From NCBI RefSeq assembly GCF_963921235.1, contig NC_086108.1, forward strand, positions 49,044,001 to 49,108,000: DNA of 64,000 nt, given 5' to 3'. The position numbers and the translations under genes were made by a program. Of this stretch, positions 14,307-29,185 are shown in pieces. The stretch's first letter is position 1, and every line of letters starts with the position of its first letter. This DNA comes from Mobula hypostoma (taxonomy: Eukaryota). The notes beneath the pieces are model-generated. The model searched no databases. It saw only the letters and a program-made list of their open reading frames with translations, and had not been told where the DNA came from.

Positions 14307-14995
14307 TTTAGATTAGATTATGAGAATACTCAGTCCTCGTTTATTGTCATTTAGAAATGCATGCATTAAAAAATGATACAATGTTCCTCCAGAAAGATAT
14401 CACAGAAGCACAGGACAAACCAAGACTAAAACCACATAATTATAACATATAGTTACAACACTGCAAATTTTGACAAAACCACATAATTATAACATATAGT
14501 TACAACACTGCAAAGTAATACCATAATTTGATAAAGAGCAGACCATGGGCACGGTAAAAAAAAAGTCTCAAGTCCCGATAGCCCCATCATTTCGTGCAGA
14601 CGGTAGAAGGAAGAAACTCTCCCTGCCATGAACCAAGCGCTGCAAACTTGCTGGTGCATTGGAAGCACCCAACTCCGAGTCCGTCCAAAAACTTCAAGCC
14701 TCCGACCAGCCCTCCGACACTGAGTACCATCTCTGCCGAGCGCTTCGACCCTGCCCCGGCCGCCGAGCAACAAGCAAAGCCGAGGACTCAGGGCCTTCCC
14801 CTCTGAAGATTCTGGATCACACATTAGCAGTGGCAGCAAAACAAGCATTTCAGAATTTCACCAAATGTTCCTCCGTGCCGTCACGTCTGTCTCCATCAAA
14901 TCAGGATTGTGCACGGCACCCTACTTGACAGATAACAGATATCATTCACCAGAGTGGCCACTACAAGCTGCGTCACGCCGTCATCTTTTCCTCCT
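14307..14995 (-). mobile_element. ~690-bp non-coding, non-autonomous retroelement with (TCTAA)n tail; second copy at 20655-21309
   Basis: Reverse complement aligns end to end with 20655-21309. The 3' end reads AAATGACAATAAACGAGGACTGAGT..CTCATAATCTAATCTAA; short TTATT repeat at both flanks. Confidence 0.8.
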
Positions 14996-15127
14996 CTCTT
15001 ATTGACACATAACATAAAAATAATTGGTCGTAACAGACCCCTGAGGAACACTACCTGTCACTGGCAGCCAGCTGGAAAAGGCTCCCCTTTATTCCCATTC
15101 TTTGCCTCCTGCCAATCAGCCACGCCA

Positions 15128-16570
15128 TTGAGTTGACTTTATTTCTTACATCCTTCACATACATGGAGTAAAAATCTTTATGTTACGTCTCCGTCTGAAT
15201 ATGCAATATGCAAATTATAGTAATTTGTAATAAATAGTATGTACAGTAAGATATACAACAGAACAGTCAATATAGTTTAGAAGTACAATTGTGTCAGTGT
15301 GTATTAATTAGCCTGATGGCCTGTTGGAAGAAGCTGTCCCGGAGCGTGTTAGTCCCGGCTTTAATGCTGTGGTACCATTTCCTGGATGGTAGCAGCTGGA
15401 CCAGTTTGTGGTTGGAGTGACTCGGTCTCCAATGATCCTTCCGGCCTGTTTTACACACCTGTCGCTGTAAAGGTCCTGAATAGTAGGAAGTTCACATCCA
15501 CAGATGCGCTGGGCTGTCCGCAGCACTCTCGGCAGACCCTGCGATTGTGGAAAGTACAGTTCCCATACCAGGCATTGATACAGCCAGTCAGAATGCTCTC
15601 AATTGTGCCCCTGTAGAACGTCCTTAGGATTTGCAGACTCATGCCGAACTTCTTCAACTGTCTTGAGGTGAAAGAAGTGCTGTTGTGTGCTTTTTTCACC
15701 ACATAGCCAGTATGTACAGACCGAGATCCTCGGTGATGTGTATACTGAGGAACTTGAAGCTGTTCACCCACTCAACCCCTGATCCATTGATGTCAATTGG
15801 GGTGAGCCTATCTCCATTCCTCCCGTAGCCAAAAAACAAGCTCCTTTGTTTGTGCGACATTGAGGGAGAGGTTGTTTTCCTGACACCACAGTATCAGGGT
15901 GATGACTTCTTTTCGGTAGGCTGCCTCATTATTATTTTAGATAAGGCTAATCAATGTAGTGTTGTCAGCAAATTTAATTAGCAGATTGGAGCTGTGGGTG
16001 GCAACACAGTCATGAGTGTACAGAGAGTGAAGGACGGGGTTTAGGATGTAACCCTGGGGGGCTCCTGTGTTGAGGGTCAAAGGGGCAAAAGTGAGGCACT
16101 CTTACCACCTGCCGGCGATATGACAAGAAGTCCAGGATCCAGCTGCCAAGGTCTCCGAGCTTCATGTCAAGCCTGGAGGGAATTATGGTGTTGAATGCTG
16201 AACTGTAGTCCAAGAACAGCATTCTCGTATAAGCATCCCTCTTCTCCAGGTGTGTACAGCTGTGGCTATTGCATCATCTGTCGATCAGTTGTGTTGGTAG
16301 GCCAATTGTAGGGGGTCCAGTGTGGGTGGTAGCATGCTGCAGATGTAGTCTTCGACCAGCCTCTTTAAGCATTTGCTTATTATTAAGGTGAATGTGACAG
16401 GATGCCAGTTGTTCAGACATGTTACCATGGTCTTTTTAGGTACAGGGACAATGGTGGATGTTTTGAAGCAGGAGGGCACTCTACACCGGGAGAGGGAGAG
16501 ATTAAAAATGTCTGCAAACACACCAGCCAGTTGTGCCACACACCCTCTGAGTATTTGCCCTGGGATGCTG
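15128..16570 (-). mobile_element. 5'-truncated Rex1/Babar LINE
   Basis: AQLAGVFADIFNLSLS...[51 protein letters not shown]. Confidence 0.85.
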
Positions 16571-16734
16571 TCACTGCTTTATCAATGCTATAATCTCTCC
16601 TATAATACTATAGGCTCATAGCTTGTTAATCAGCCTCATGTGTGGCACCTTGTCAAATGCCTTCTGAAAATCCAAGTACACAACATCAACCAATACTCTA
16701 CTGCTTATCCTCCTTGTTATTTCTTCAAAGAATT

Positions 16735-17192
16735 CCACAGTGATTTCTTGCAGTGTGAACTGGGCTTCTGCCTGAGCAAACCACATGGTTGTGTGCTGCT
16801 CCAAAAACTCTGCAGCTTCAAACCAACTATGTTGGTTGACATGTCTGAGTTGGATGATCAGCCATGATCATAATAAATGGCGATGCAGGCTCGAAGGGCC
16901 GAATGGCCTACTCCTGCACCTATTTTCTATGTTTCTATGTTTCTATGTCACAGAGTAACTCTGGAATCGTCTGAGAGCGTATGGGTCACCAATGTAGGAT
17001 TTTGTGAATAAGACATGCAAGGATCATTTTATCCACTTAACAAAAGCCACAACCCTTTACTTTCATTACGAATAAAACAGAAATCAGTCACCTTACACTG
17101 ACATCATTACATCAGACACCGTCTCTTAAAGTGAACACAACTCAGTGTCAGTATTTATGAATTATATGGAACAGTTTCTATTATGAACAACA
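16735..17192 (-). mobile_element. Second Gypsy fragment (LTR, PBS, gag start) with a CR1 3' tail inserted at ~16845-16948
   Basis: Same GGTCACCA-ATGTAGG PBS/LTR junction (~16984-16997) as at 10993-11007; gag start WFAQAEAQFTLQEIT; plus-strand CR1 tail ending (TTTCTATG)n inside. Confidence 0.72.
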
Positions 17193-18044
17193 TGTGTCAC
17201 CTATCACCCATTACATTAACCTACAACCTCATGTCCAAAAAAGTTATTACATGAGTGGCACTAATCTTCAAACTGGTGAGATATTGTTCAATCTATGGTG
17301 CTACTCTGCAGAACTAAGGTCACCCCAACTTCAGTTGTTGAACTGCAGGGATCAGAACTTAATACTGCATTTGTTGCTCAGAATGACGTCTCTTTTGAGT
17401 TTTAAAGATTAAATGCAAAGCAATTATTTTCTTGTGTATTTAAAGCCCCCTAATAAAACTGAAGTTTATGAGAATCAGAAAGTAAACTTGCCACTGGCTG
17501 GAACCATTCCTAACATAAAAAATGGTACCTGTGGTTGTTGATTCAACACCTGACTTATGAAATATTTCCACCTTTTACACATATTTATACATCAATTTTC
17601 AAAAACGTTAGCTATCTTAAAATAAATGAATTCACATGTGTTAAAGTGGAATTTAAGTTAATTATTAGTAAGCACTTTTATCCCTAATATTTTGGTACTT
17701 TCCACTTAAATAATTCAAAATCCAGAATATTTAGAATTGTTCTATCCAAATTATGAAATTACTTTGATATATTTTGTATTAAAAATTATACACCACAGAA
17801 ATGATGATTTTCCTACAATTTTTTTTTCATCGATTAGGGAAGGTAACAAGCACTTCAAGAATCAAGTGTACAAATATCAACTGAAACTGTACCAGGGAAA
17901 GAATATAATTAGGAAATACGTTGAAAGGGGTCCTTCCCTGCAAAGGTTGAACAAACTCAAATACATTAATCTTCACACTCATCAGCCTTAATTAAGATAT
18001 AATCAAAACAATGATATTATCAGAATACATCAATTTCTTCATCA

Positions 18045-18920
<876 letters not shown>

Positions 18921-18964
18921 TACTTTGAACTTTCAACATAAAGAACAGTAACCCAAATAAGTAT

Positions 18965-19380
18965 AGTAGATTCAGGTTAAGTTGGCCATTGGTTAATCAG
19001 GGAAGTTGCTTATTTGGGAAAACTCTTAATGAACAAAAGAGAGAAAGTTGTTGGGATTCCCTTCGATTATTTGGGGCACTATGCTGCTGAATTGGGGCAG
19101 GATAATTGCTGAAGAGTTTCTAATTGGCGTCAGTCATGCACATTTGTATAGCCGTTAGCTGTTACACTCTAGCTGTTTAGAGTAAACAGTATTTAAATAG
19201 TGTCAGTTGTGTGTATTTGTATTCCAAAAGCACTGAACTTGCCACTGATATTTGATGAGAAATAAGCAGCAAGGCAATTCCGAACTGTTTTGCTAACTGC
19301 AGTTTCAAGTATACAGCCTTGGAGATGCCAGAAATGACTGGGAGTGAAAATGAAACGATTTCTCTACTTCAATAAGTTAG
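18965..19380 (+). mobile_element. Tigger/pogo-like DNA transposon remnant
   Basis: TAGTAGATTCAGGTTAAGTTGGCCATTGGTTAATCAGGG resembles a pogo-type TIR with subterminal repeat; truncated by the following CR1. Confidence 0.45.
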
Positions 19381-20654
19381 CAGCAGGAAAAGGCTACAAT
19401 AATGAGGTTTCTCACCTATCGGCAACGCTTGTTTAAAGATACATAAGGGACAAGCGGGGTGGCCATTGTTGGAAGAATGCCAGTGGTGAGAGTAGGAATG
19501 TCAGGCTTTGCCTCCAAGGAGGCTTCGGCTCAAAAGAGACATTGGTTCTGAGCAAGTTTCTGTTAACATTCCCTTTTTTTTCTATTATTGTACTTAGTGT
19601 AATAAATGGCTGTTGTGTGTTCTTTATGTCAGATGGTAGAGTCCTTGTGACCCAGAGTCTCCCAGGAACTACATCTACATGAAGTGCATCCAGCTGCAGC
19701 TCCTTGAAGACCATGTTAGGGATCTGTAGCAGGCAGCTAGGTGACCTTCAGTTTATACGGGAGAGTGAGGAGATAATCGATCAGAGTTACAGGGAAGTAG
19801 TCACCCCGAAGTTGCAGGAGGCGAGTAGCTGGGTGACTGTCAGGAGAAATGGAACTGTGAATAGGCAGTGAACACAGAGCAACTCATGGCCATTCCCCTC
19901 AAAAAATAGGTATATCGCTATTGTGGGGAATAATCTTCCAGGGGAATGCCACGAGAACCGGGTTACTGGCACTGAGCATAGGTCCATGGTGCAGAAGAGA
20001 AAGGGGGAGAAGAGGGGAGCAGTAGTAATAGGGGACTCCGTAATCAGGGGAACAGACAGGAGATTCTGTAGACATGAACGGGACACCTGGATGGTATGTT
20101 GTCTCCCAGATGCCAGGGTCAGAAATGTCTCAGATCGCATCCATGATGTTTTGGAGAAGGAGGGAGAGCAACCAGATGGTTTGGTAAATATTGGTACCAA
20201 TGACATGGGAAGGAAAAAAAGGAGGTCCCGAAAAGAGGATTTAGAGAGCTAGGTAGAAAGCTGAGTAGCAGGACCTCCCAGGTAGTAATTTCTCAATTGC
20301 TGCCTGTGCCACGCGCCACTGAGGGTAGAAACAGGATGATTTGGCAAATTAATGTGTGGCTGAGAAGCTGGTGCAGTGGGCAGGGCTTCAGGTTCTCAGA
20401 TCATTGGGATCTCTTCTGGGGAAGATATGACCTGTGCAAAAGTGATGTGATGATGAACCCGAAGGGAACCAATATTCTTGCGGGCAGATTTGTTAGAGCT
20501 GTCGGGAAAGGTTTAAAATAATTTGGCAGAGGGGTGGGAACTGGAGTGAAGGGACTCAGGATAGGACGGATGGTAAAAAAGCAAAGATGGTCAGACTGTC
20601 ATGAAAGGCAGCGAGAGGATAGAATAAAATTGCAGCCAGCAGGGTGAGTATCAG

Positions 20655-21309
20655 CAGCTTGCAGCTTGCAGCGGCCACTTTGGTGGTGATGTCTGTTATT
20701 TATCAAGTAGGGTGCCGTGCACAATCCTGATTTGATGGAGACGGACGTGAGAGCACAGAGGAACATCTGGTGAAACTTCTAAAATGCCTGCTTTGCTGCT
20801 GCTGCTACTGTGTGGTCCAGAATCTCCGGAGGGGAAGGCCCCGAGTCCTCGGCTTTGCTTGTTGCTTGGCAGCCAGGGCGGTGCCGAACCGCTCGGCAGA
20901 GGATGGTGCTCGGAGAGGCTGTGTCAGAGGGGCTGGTTGGAGGCTCAAAGTTTTTGGACGGACTCAGAGTCTGCTGCGGTTGGGTGCTTCCAATGGTGCT
21001 GCATCAGCAAGTTTGTGGAGCTTGGAGGTTCATGGCAGGGAGAGTTTCTCCCTTCTGCTGCCTGCGTGAGATGATGAGGCTATCGGGACTTTGAGACATG
21101 TTTTTACCGTGCCCGCGGTCTGCTCTTTATCAAATTATGGTATTGTTTTGCACTTTTGCAACTATATGTTATAATTATGTGGTTTTGTCAGTTTTAATCG
21201 TGGTTTGTCCTGTGTTTCTTGTGATATCATTCTGGAGGAACGTTGCATCATTTTTAATGCATGCATTTCTAAATGACAATAAACAAGGACTGAGTGTCCT
21301 CATAACCTA
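20655..21309 (+). mobile_element. Second copy of the ~690-bp non-autonomous retroelement
   Basis: High similarity to the reverse complement of 14307-14970; flanked by ATCAG...ATCAG inside the CR1. Confidence 0.8.
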
Positions 21310-21906
21310 ATCAGTACAATAGAGATGCAAAATCAAAAAGGGGTAGCAAATGCAGCACTTAAAGTATTATATCTCAATGCACGGAGTATAAGAAATAAGG
21401 TCAATGATCTTGTTGCACTTTTACAGATTGTATGATGTTGTGACCATCACCGAACCGTGGCTGATGGATGATTGTGGTTGGGAGCTGAATGTCCAAGGTT
21501 ACATGTTGTATCAGAGGGACAGAAAGGTTGGCAGAGGGGGTGGCATGGCTCTGCTGGTAAAGAATGGCATCAAATCAGTAGAAAGATGTGACATAGGATC
21601 AGAAGATATTGAATCCTTGTGGGTTGAGTTAAGAAGCTGCAAGGGTAAAAGGACCCTGATGGCAGTTATATGCCGGCCTCCCAACAGTAGATGGGATATG
21701 GACTACAGATTGCAAAGGAAATAGAAGAGGCACGTCAGAAGGGCAATGTTATGATAGTCATGGGAAATTTCAACATGCAGGTCAGGAAAATCAGGTTGGA
21801 AATGGTCCCGAGAGAGAGTTTGTTGAAAGCCTACAAAGTGGCTTTTTAGAGCAGTTTGTTGTTGAGCCTACTAGGCAATCAGCTATACTGGAATGGGTGT
21901 TATGTA

Positions 21907-22938
21907 ACAGAACATAGAACACAGAATAATACAGCACAGTGCAGGCCCTTTGGCCCACATTGTTGTGCTGACCCTCAAACTTTGCCTCCCATATAACCCC
22001 TCACCTTAAATTCTTCCATATACTCAATAGTCTCTTAAACTTCACTAGAGTATCTGCCTCCACCACTGACTCAGGCAGTGCATTCCACGTACCAACCACT
22101 CTCTGAGTGAAAAACCTTCCTCTAATATCCCTCTTGAACTTCCCACCCCTTACCTTAAAGCCATGTCCTCTTGAGCAGTGGTGCCCTGGGGAAGAGGTGC
22201 TGGCTGTCCACTCTATCTATTCCTCTTAATATCTTGTATACCTCTATCATGTCTCCTCTCATCCTCCTTCTCTCCAAAGAGTAAAGCCCTAGCTCCCTTA
22301 ATCTCTGATCATAATTCATACTCTCTAAACCAGGCAGCACCCTGGTAAATCTCCTCTGTACCCTTTCCAATGCTTCCACATCCTTCCTATAGTGAGGCGA
22401 CCAGAACTGGACACAGTACTCCAAGTGTGGCCTAACCAGAGTTTTATAGTGCTGCATCGTTACATCGCGACTCTTAAACTCTATCCCTCGACTTATGAAA
22501 GCTAACACCCCATAAGCTTTCTTAACTACCTTATCCACCTGTGAGGCAACTTTCAGGGATCTGTGGACATGTACCCCCAGATACCTCTGCTCCTCCACAC
22601 TACCAAGTGTCCTGCCATTTACTTTGTACTTTGCCTTGGAGTTTGTCCTTCCAAAGTGTACCACCTCACACTTCTCCGGGTTGAACTCCATCTGCCACTT
22701 TTCAGCCCACTTCTGCAACCTGTCAATGTGTCTCTGCAATCTTCGAGAATCCTCTACACTGTCTACAATACCAACAACCTTTGTATCGTCTGAAAACTTG
22801 CCAACCCACCCTTCTACCCCCACATCCAGGTCGTTAATAAAAATCATGAAAAGTAGAGGTCCTAGAACCGATCTTTGTGGGACACCACTAGTCACAACCC
22901 TCCAATCCGAATGTACTCCCTCCACCACGACCCTCTGC
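21907..22938 (-). mobile_element. 5'-truncated young CR1 LINE nested in CR1
   Basis: 261-aa ORF: SGVPQRSVLGPLLFMIFINDLD...KFSDDTKV...; same subfamily as 4445-5240. Confidence 0.9.
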
Positions 22939-24259
22939 AAATATCGGAGGTGATTCAGGAGCTCAAGGTAAAAGGACCTTTAGGAGACAGTCATCCCAAT
23001 ATGATTGAGCTCAACTTGAAATTTGATAGGGAAAGAGTAAAAGTCTGACGTAGCAGTATTTCAGTGGAGTAAAGGAAATTATAGTGGTATGATAAAGGAG
23101 TTGGCCAATGTAAACTGGAAGGAGATGCTGGCAGGGATGACTGCAGAGCAACAATGGTGTGAATTTCTGAGAAAAATGAAGAAGATGCAGGATGGATGTA
23201 CTCCAAAAACAAAGAAATACACAAATGGCAAGATAGTACAACCGTGGCTAACAAGGGATATCAAAGCAAATGTAAAAGCAAAAGAGAGGGCATACAACAA
23301 AGCAAAAATTAGTGGTAAGACAGAGAATATTGGATTTTCTGAAACATTAACTGGTTTTATTTTCCACAGAGACTGCCTGACTGGCTGAATTTCTGCTTTT
23401 TCTGTATTTGCTTCAGATTCAAGTATCTGCAGTTTTAACTGCTTTCTACTACTACTGAATTTTCCGTTTTTTAACAGCTTTCCTTGAGGTTCAATTGAGG
23501 TTCAGTGGCATATTTTGTAACAGTTGTAGGGAAATTTGCTTAGACTGCCTTTGAAAAATGTCTACACTATCAACTAGTTACTTTTTTGTACTCTGCTAAT
23601 TGTCTTAGCCTTGTCTAGTCTTTTTATGAAAAATTAAATCATTTTCATCTTGGTTTACTTATGAAAAACCTTATGTTTGTGCATTTCATATTTCTTTCCG
23701 TGCTATTTTATATTCATTAAATTTGCAGTGCTCCACATGTTAGTAGAATTCAATTCAATTTATTCTGTGCAACTCCAAACTAACTTCAAAATCAGCAATT
23801 CTGATAGTTGCACCTCCTCTAAGAAATCAAGGAAGTGAAAACTGTGGACATCAGTCATTCATTTAGTCTTGCAGTCTTGATGGTGTAAATAACCCTAAAT
23901 AAGAGAGGTGAAATAGAATTTAGTGCCCAAAATGTTAACCTGAAAATGCATTACGTTTTATGAAGTACAAAGATGTTAGAATGGAGAGAATAGAAAAAGG
24001 TGTTAAAATGTGTGCTAAGAAGACCAAGGATCAATGGCAAATGCCTGCATTTTGATCATGATACTGTAATGGAAAAAATAACTTATCTGATAAATTATAT
24101 TAGATTTAACATTAACAATAAATAATTTCACATTAATGATAAATTATATTATATTTTGTTCCATAAGTTAACCATGGCAAATTATTAATTATGTACAATA
24201 TTGGGGCAAATACTAAATACCTGCAAGGTGATGAACTAATTTAAACACCAAACTAATTA

Positions 24260-24412
<153 letters not shown>

Positions 24413-27400
24413 CTACTTTAACTCTATAATATTAAACAGCATAATCTTTAGAGTTTAACATCATCCTCAGAGTTTTGCAAATTGGAAAAACAGTGGCCTT
24501 AAAATGTTTGGTGCCTAGTAAACTTCATTTCATTGTTGTAAACAAATAACTTGTTTATTCCTAAAATAATGAATTAAAGAGTTTGTATGTGATTGCACAA
24601 GTCTTTACCAATTGCAGAGTGAAAACATTCCTTTATGTGATTAAAAACTGGTAGATTAGGAGATTAAATTGTTGATTTGGATGGGATGACATAAACTCTG
24701 GGGGAAGGGGTGTTGTGGAATAGATTTCGTTGGAGGTGAAGTTCAGCTTGGTGGAGGAATGGGATTGCTTACAGAGGAAGTAAGTGGAAATTCAGTGATG
24801 AACTGCTAAGATTGAGAGACAGGGAGCATGAGAGTCAGGCTTGCAATTAGACCAAAAGGAATGGTGGGCATAAGGGGTGATAAAGGAGGGTATTGAGATC
24901 AGAAGTTGGTTGAGGTATCCTAGGAAGAATATTTGCAAGGTGCAAGAAACTTAAGAAAATCTTAAGTATAAGAAAATCTTATCCAAGGAAAGTGCTCAGC
25001 AGGGGATCTTTGTCCTAGGATATCTCAGAACAATATGTTTGAACAAACAGTAAAGCAGGTCTTACGCACGTTGCTAAAATCTTCTTTTGAATGAATAGAG
25101 ATTTGACCAGCAGCCAATCCAGACATCAGAAGTTTGGAGAGGCGGGGCCTTCAATCAGGTCCACCGTCCAAGGACAAAAGGGTTGTGGCAGATTAATAGA
25201 TCTTTGACCAGTGACCAATCGGCATTTGGGATTGATTAGTAAGAGCAAAAAGTAGATGAAGGCAGGGGCAAGCACAGTGGCCATCATCACAGCATCCGTT
25301 GTCTGAGTGGACATAGCCAGAGTGGTGATCTCAAGGCTTTAGCTCTTCGAGGCTTCACTCAGAGAAAGCAAAGAAATGAAAAGCTCTTTTTTTTTTGTTT
25401 TCTTTATTTCTGCTCAGCTAGGACCGTAGGGATGACAGGCAGAATAGTGAAATGCTCCTCTTGTGGGATCTGGGAAAGCAGGGAGACCTCCAGTGTCCCT
25501 GACGACTACAACTGCGAGAAGTGCATTCAGCTGCAGCTTTTAACAAACTGCGTTAAGGAGTTGTATCTAGAACTGGATAAACACTGGATCATATGTAAGC
25601 CTGAAGATAGGATATGTGATAGATAGGACATATAGAGGGGTAGACACACCCAAGGTGCTGGACACAGGAAACTGGGCGTCAGGAAGGGGAAAGGGGTTAA
25701 GGGAATCATGCAGAGTACCCCTGTGGCCATCCCCCTAAACAACAGGTATATGTTGTTTGGATTCTGCCGGAGAGAAAGACCTAACAGAGTAAAGTCGTAG
25801 TAGGCGAGTCTCTGGCACTGTCTGCCTTTATGACTCAAAAGGGAAGGGGGAAGAAGTGGCACTCTGTGATAATAAGGGATTCGTTAGTTAGGGGAATGGA
25901 CAGGAGGTTCAGTGGGCGAGAATGAGATTCCCGGATGGTATGTTGCCTCCCGGGTGCCAGGGTGCGGGATATCTCAGAACGAGTCCTTAGCATTCTTAAG
26001 TGGGAGGGTGAACAGCCGTGGTCCATGTAGGTACCAATGGTATGTGCTGGATGTGCGATGAGGTTCTGCATCGGGAATTCAGACAGTTAGGTGCAAAGTT
26101 AAAGGGCGGAACCTCCAGGGTTGTGATCTCAGGATTGCTACCCATGCCACATTCTAGTGAGGCCACAACTAGGAAGATTATACAATCTAATATGTGGCTA
26201 AGGAATTGGTGTAGGAGAGAGAGCTTAAGATTTTTGGATCATTGGGCTCTCTTCTAGGGAAGGTGGGACCTGCCCACAAGGGATGGCTTGCACCTGAACT
26301 AGAGGGGAACTAATATCCTAGCGGGAAGGTTAGTTAATGCTGCACGATGGGGTTTAAACTAGAGTTACAGGGGGATGGGAACCAGAGTGTCAGAATAGTT
26401 AGTGGAGAAGTTGTGAAGATATTGTTAAGACCTCACACAAAGTTTGGAAACAAAAGGATAAGCATGATGCTACTAGTATCCTGAGCTGCATATATTTCAA
26501 TGCAAGAAGTATCGTAGGAAAGAAGGTAATAGTGCTGAAGATGAAGTAGCTGATTTAGAAATAGAGGCAATGTGTAGTGAGGAGAGGCTGTTAATAGGGC
26601 AAAACTGTAGTAAACAGGATGAGTTGCAATGTAAAAGGTGGAAAAAAATTGAAAAGGGTGAATACAGGACTGAAGATGTTGTATTTAATGCAACAATACA
26701 CGGAGTAAGGTAAATGAACTTGCAGTACAGTTGTAGATTGGCAGGTATGATGTTGTAGGCATAACTAAATCAAGGCTGAAAGAATATTATAGCTGGGAGC
26801 TTGATGTCTAAGGATACACATTTTATCAAAAGGACAGATGGGAAAGTTATCAAATCATGAGAAAGAGATTACATAGGGGTGGAAGATGTCAAATCATTGC
26901 AGATAGAGCTAAGGAACCGCAAGGGTAAAAAGATCCTGATGGGAGTTGTATACAGACCCCCAAACAGTAGTAAGGATGTGGCCTACAAATTACAGCAGGA
27001 GATAGAAAGTACCTGCCGAAACAACAATGTTAAGATAGTCACTGGGGTCTTCAATATGCAAGGAGATTGGTAAAATCTGGTTGGTGCTGGATTCCAGGAT
27101 GGGGAATTTCTAAAGTGGCTACGAGATGGTTTTTTAGAACAGCTCGTGGTTGAGCCCACTATCAGCTATTCTGGATTGAGTATTGTGCAATGAACCAGGA
27201 TTGATTAGAGAGCTAAAGGCTAAAGAACCCTTTGGGAAAAGTGATCATAATATGAGCAAATTCACCCTAAAATTTGAGAATGAGAAGCTAAAGTCAGACG
27301 TATCAGTATTACAGTGGAGTAAAGGAAGTTACAGAGGTATGAGAGAGGAGTTCACCAGAAACACTGGCAGGAATGACAGCAGAGCAGCAATGGCTGGAAT

Positions 27401-29185
27401 TTCTGGAAGCAATTCAGAAGGCACAGGATATATATACATCCCAAAAAGGAAGAAGTATTCTAAAGGAAAGATGACACAACTATGCTAACAAGAAAAGTCA
27501 AAGCCAATATAAAAGCTAAAGAGAGAGCATATAATAGGGGAAAACTTAGTGGGGGAGTTAGAGGATTGTGAAGCTTTTAAAAGCCAACAGAAGGCAACTA
27601 AAAATGTCATGAAGGGAAAAAGATGGAATACGAAGGTGAGCTAGCCAATAATATTAAATAGGATACCAAAATATTTTGAAGATATATTAAGTGTAAAAAG
27701 AGAGGTAACAGTAGATATCGGATCACTGGAAAATGATGCTGGAGAGGTAGTAATGGGGGACAAGGAAATGCTGGATGAACTTAATAAGTATTTTGCATCA
27801 GTCTTCACTATGGAAGAGTGCCAAAAGGTCTTCCATAATGGTCAAGAGCATTTGGGGGGCAGAAGTAAATGAAGTTGCCGTTACTTAGGAGAATATGCTT
27901 GGGACACTGAAAGGTCTGAAGGTAGATAAGTTATCTGGAACAGAATTCTACACCCCAGGGTTCTGAAAGAGGTGACTGAAGAGATTGTGAAGGCATCAGA
28001 AATGATCTTGCAAGAATCAACAGATTCTGGCATGATTCTGGAGGATTGGACAATTACAAATGTCTCTCTACTCAAGTAGGGAGAGGAGCAGGAAAAAGGA
28101 AACTATGGGCCAGTTAGTTGGACCTCGGTGATTGGGAAGATGTTGGAAATGCTTATTAAGGACAAGGTCTCAGAGTACTTGGAGACACATGATAAAATAG
28201 GCCATAGTCAGCATGGTTTCCTCAAGGGAAAATCTTGTCTGACAAGTCTTTGAGGAAATAACAAGCAGGATAGACAAAGGAGAATCTGTTAATGTTGTGT
28301 ACCTAGATTTTCAGAAAGCATTTGATAAAATGCCACACGAGGCTGTTTAACAAGCTAGGAGTCTGTGGTTTTATAGGAAAGATTATAGCATGGATAAAGC
28401 AATGGCTGCTTGGCAAGAAGCAGAGCATGGGAACAAAGGGAGTCTTTTCTGCCTGGCTGCCAGTGATTAGTGGTGTTCCACAGGGGTCTGTGTTGGAACC
28501 AATTCTCTTTATGTTTTATGTCAATGATTTGGATGATGGAATTCATGGGTTTGCTGAAAAGTTTGCAGATGATATGAAGATATGTGGAAGGGCAGGTAGT
28601 TTTGAGGAAGTAGAGAGACTAGAGAAGGACTTGAGACAGATTAGGAGAATGGGCAAGGAAATGACGTGGAATACAGTGGCAGTAAATGTGTAGTCATGCA
28701 ATTTTATAGAAGAAATGAAAGGGTACAAAGGGACTTGAGAGTCCTTGTGCAGGATTCCTTAAAGGTTAATTTGCAGGGTAAGCCTGTGGTGAGAAAGGCA
28801 AATGCAATGTTAGCATTCATTTCAAGAGGACCAGAATATAAAAGCAAAGATGTAATGAACCTGGTCAGGTGTCAGATCTCTCAGCGGAAGAGCATTTTGG
28901 AGATAGTGATCACAATTCTATCTCCTTTATCACAGCATTGGAGAGGGATAGAAGCAGACAAGTTAGGAAAGCGTTTAATTGGAGTAAGGGTAAATATGAG
29001 GCTATCAGGCAGGAACTTGAAAGCATAAATTGGGAACAGATGTTCTCAGGGAAATATACGGCAGAAATGTGGCTAATGTTCAGGGGATATTTATGTGGAA
29101 TTCTGCATAGGTACATTCCAATGAGCCAGGGAAAGGATGGTAGGGTACAGGAACCATGGTGTACAAAGGCTGTTGAAAATCTAGT

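Larger units (their letters stand above)
13350..16735 (-). mobile_element. CR1 LINE (RT to 3' end) interrupted by two younger insertions
   Basis: MLRLHKALVRPHLENCEQFWAPYLRKD and VDVVYLDFQKAFDKVPH motifs; split by the elements at 14307-14995 and 15128-16570. Confidence 0.8.
19380..23330 (+). mobile_element. CR1 LINE 5' portion (ORF1 zinc finger plus SGNH esterase; ORF2 endonuclease) with two nested insertions
   Basis: AVVIGDSVIRG...VCCLPDARV...VNIGTND (esterase); YDVVTITEPWL...RGGGMALLVK...ESLWVELR...ICRPPNS (APE endonuclease). Confidence 0.85.
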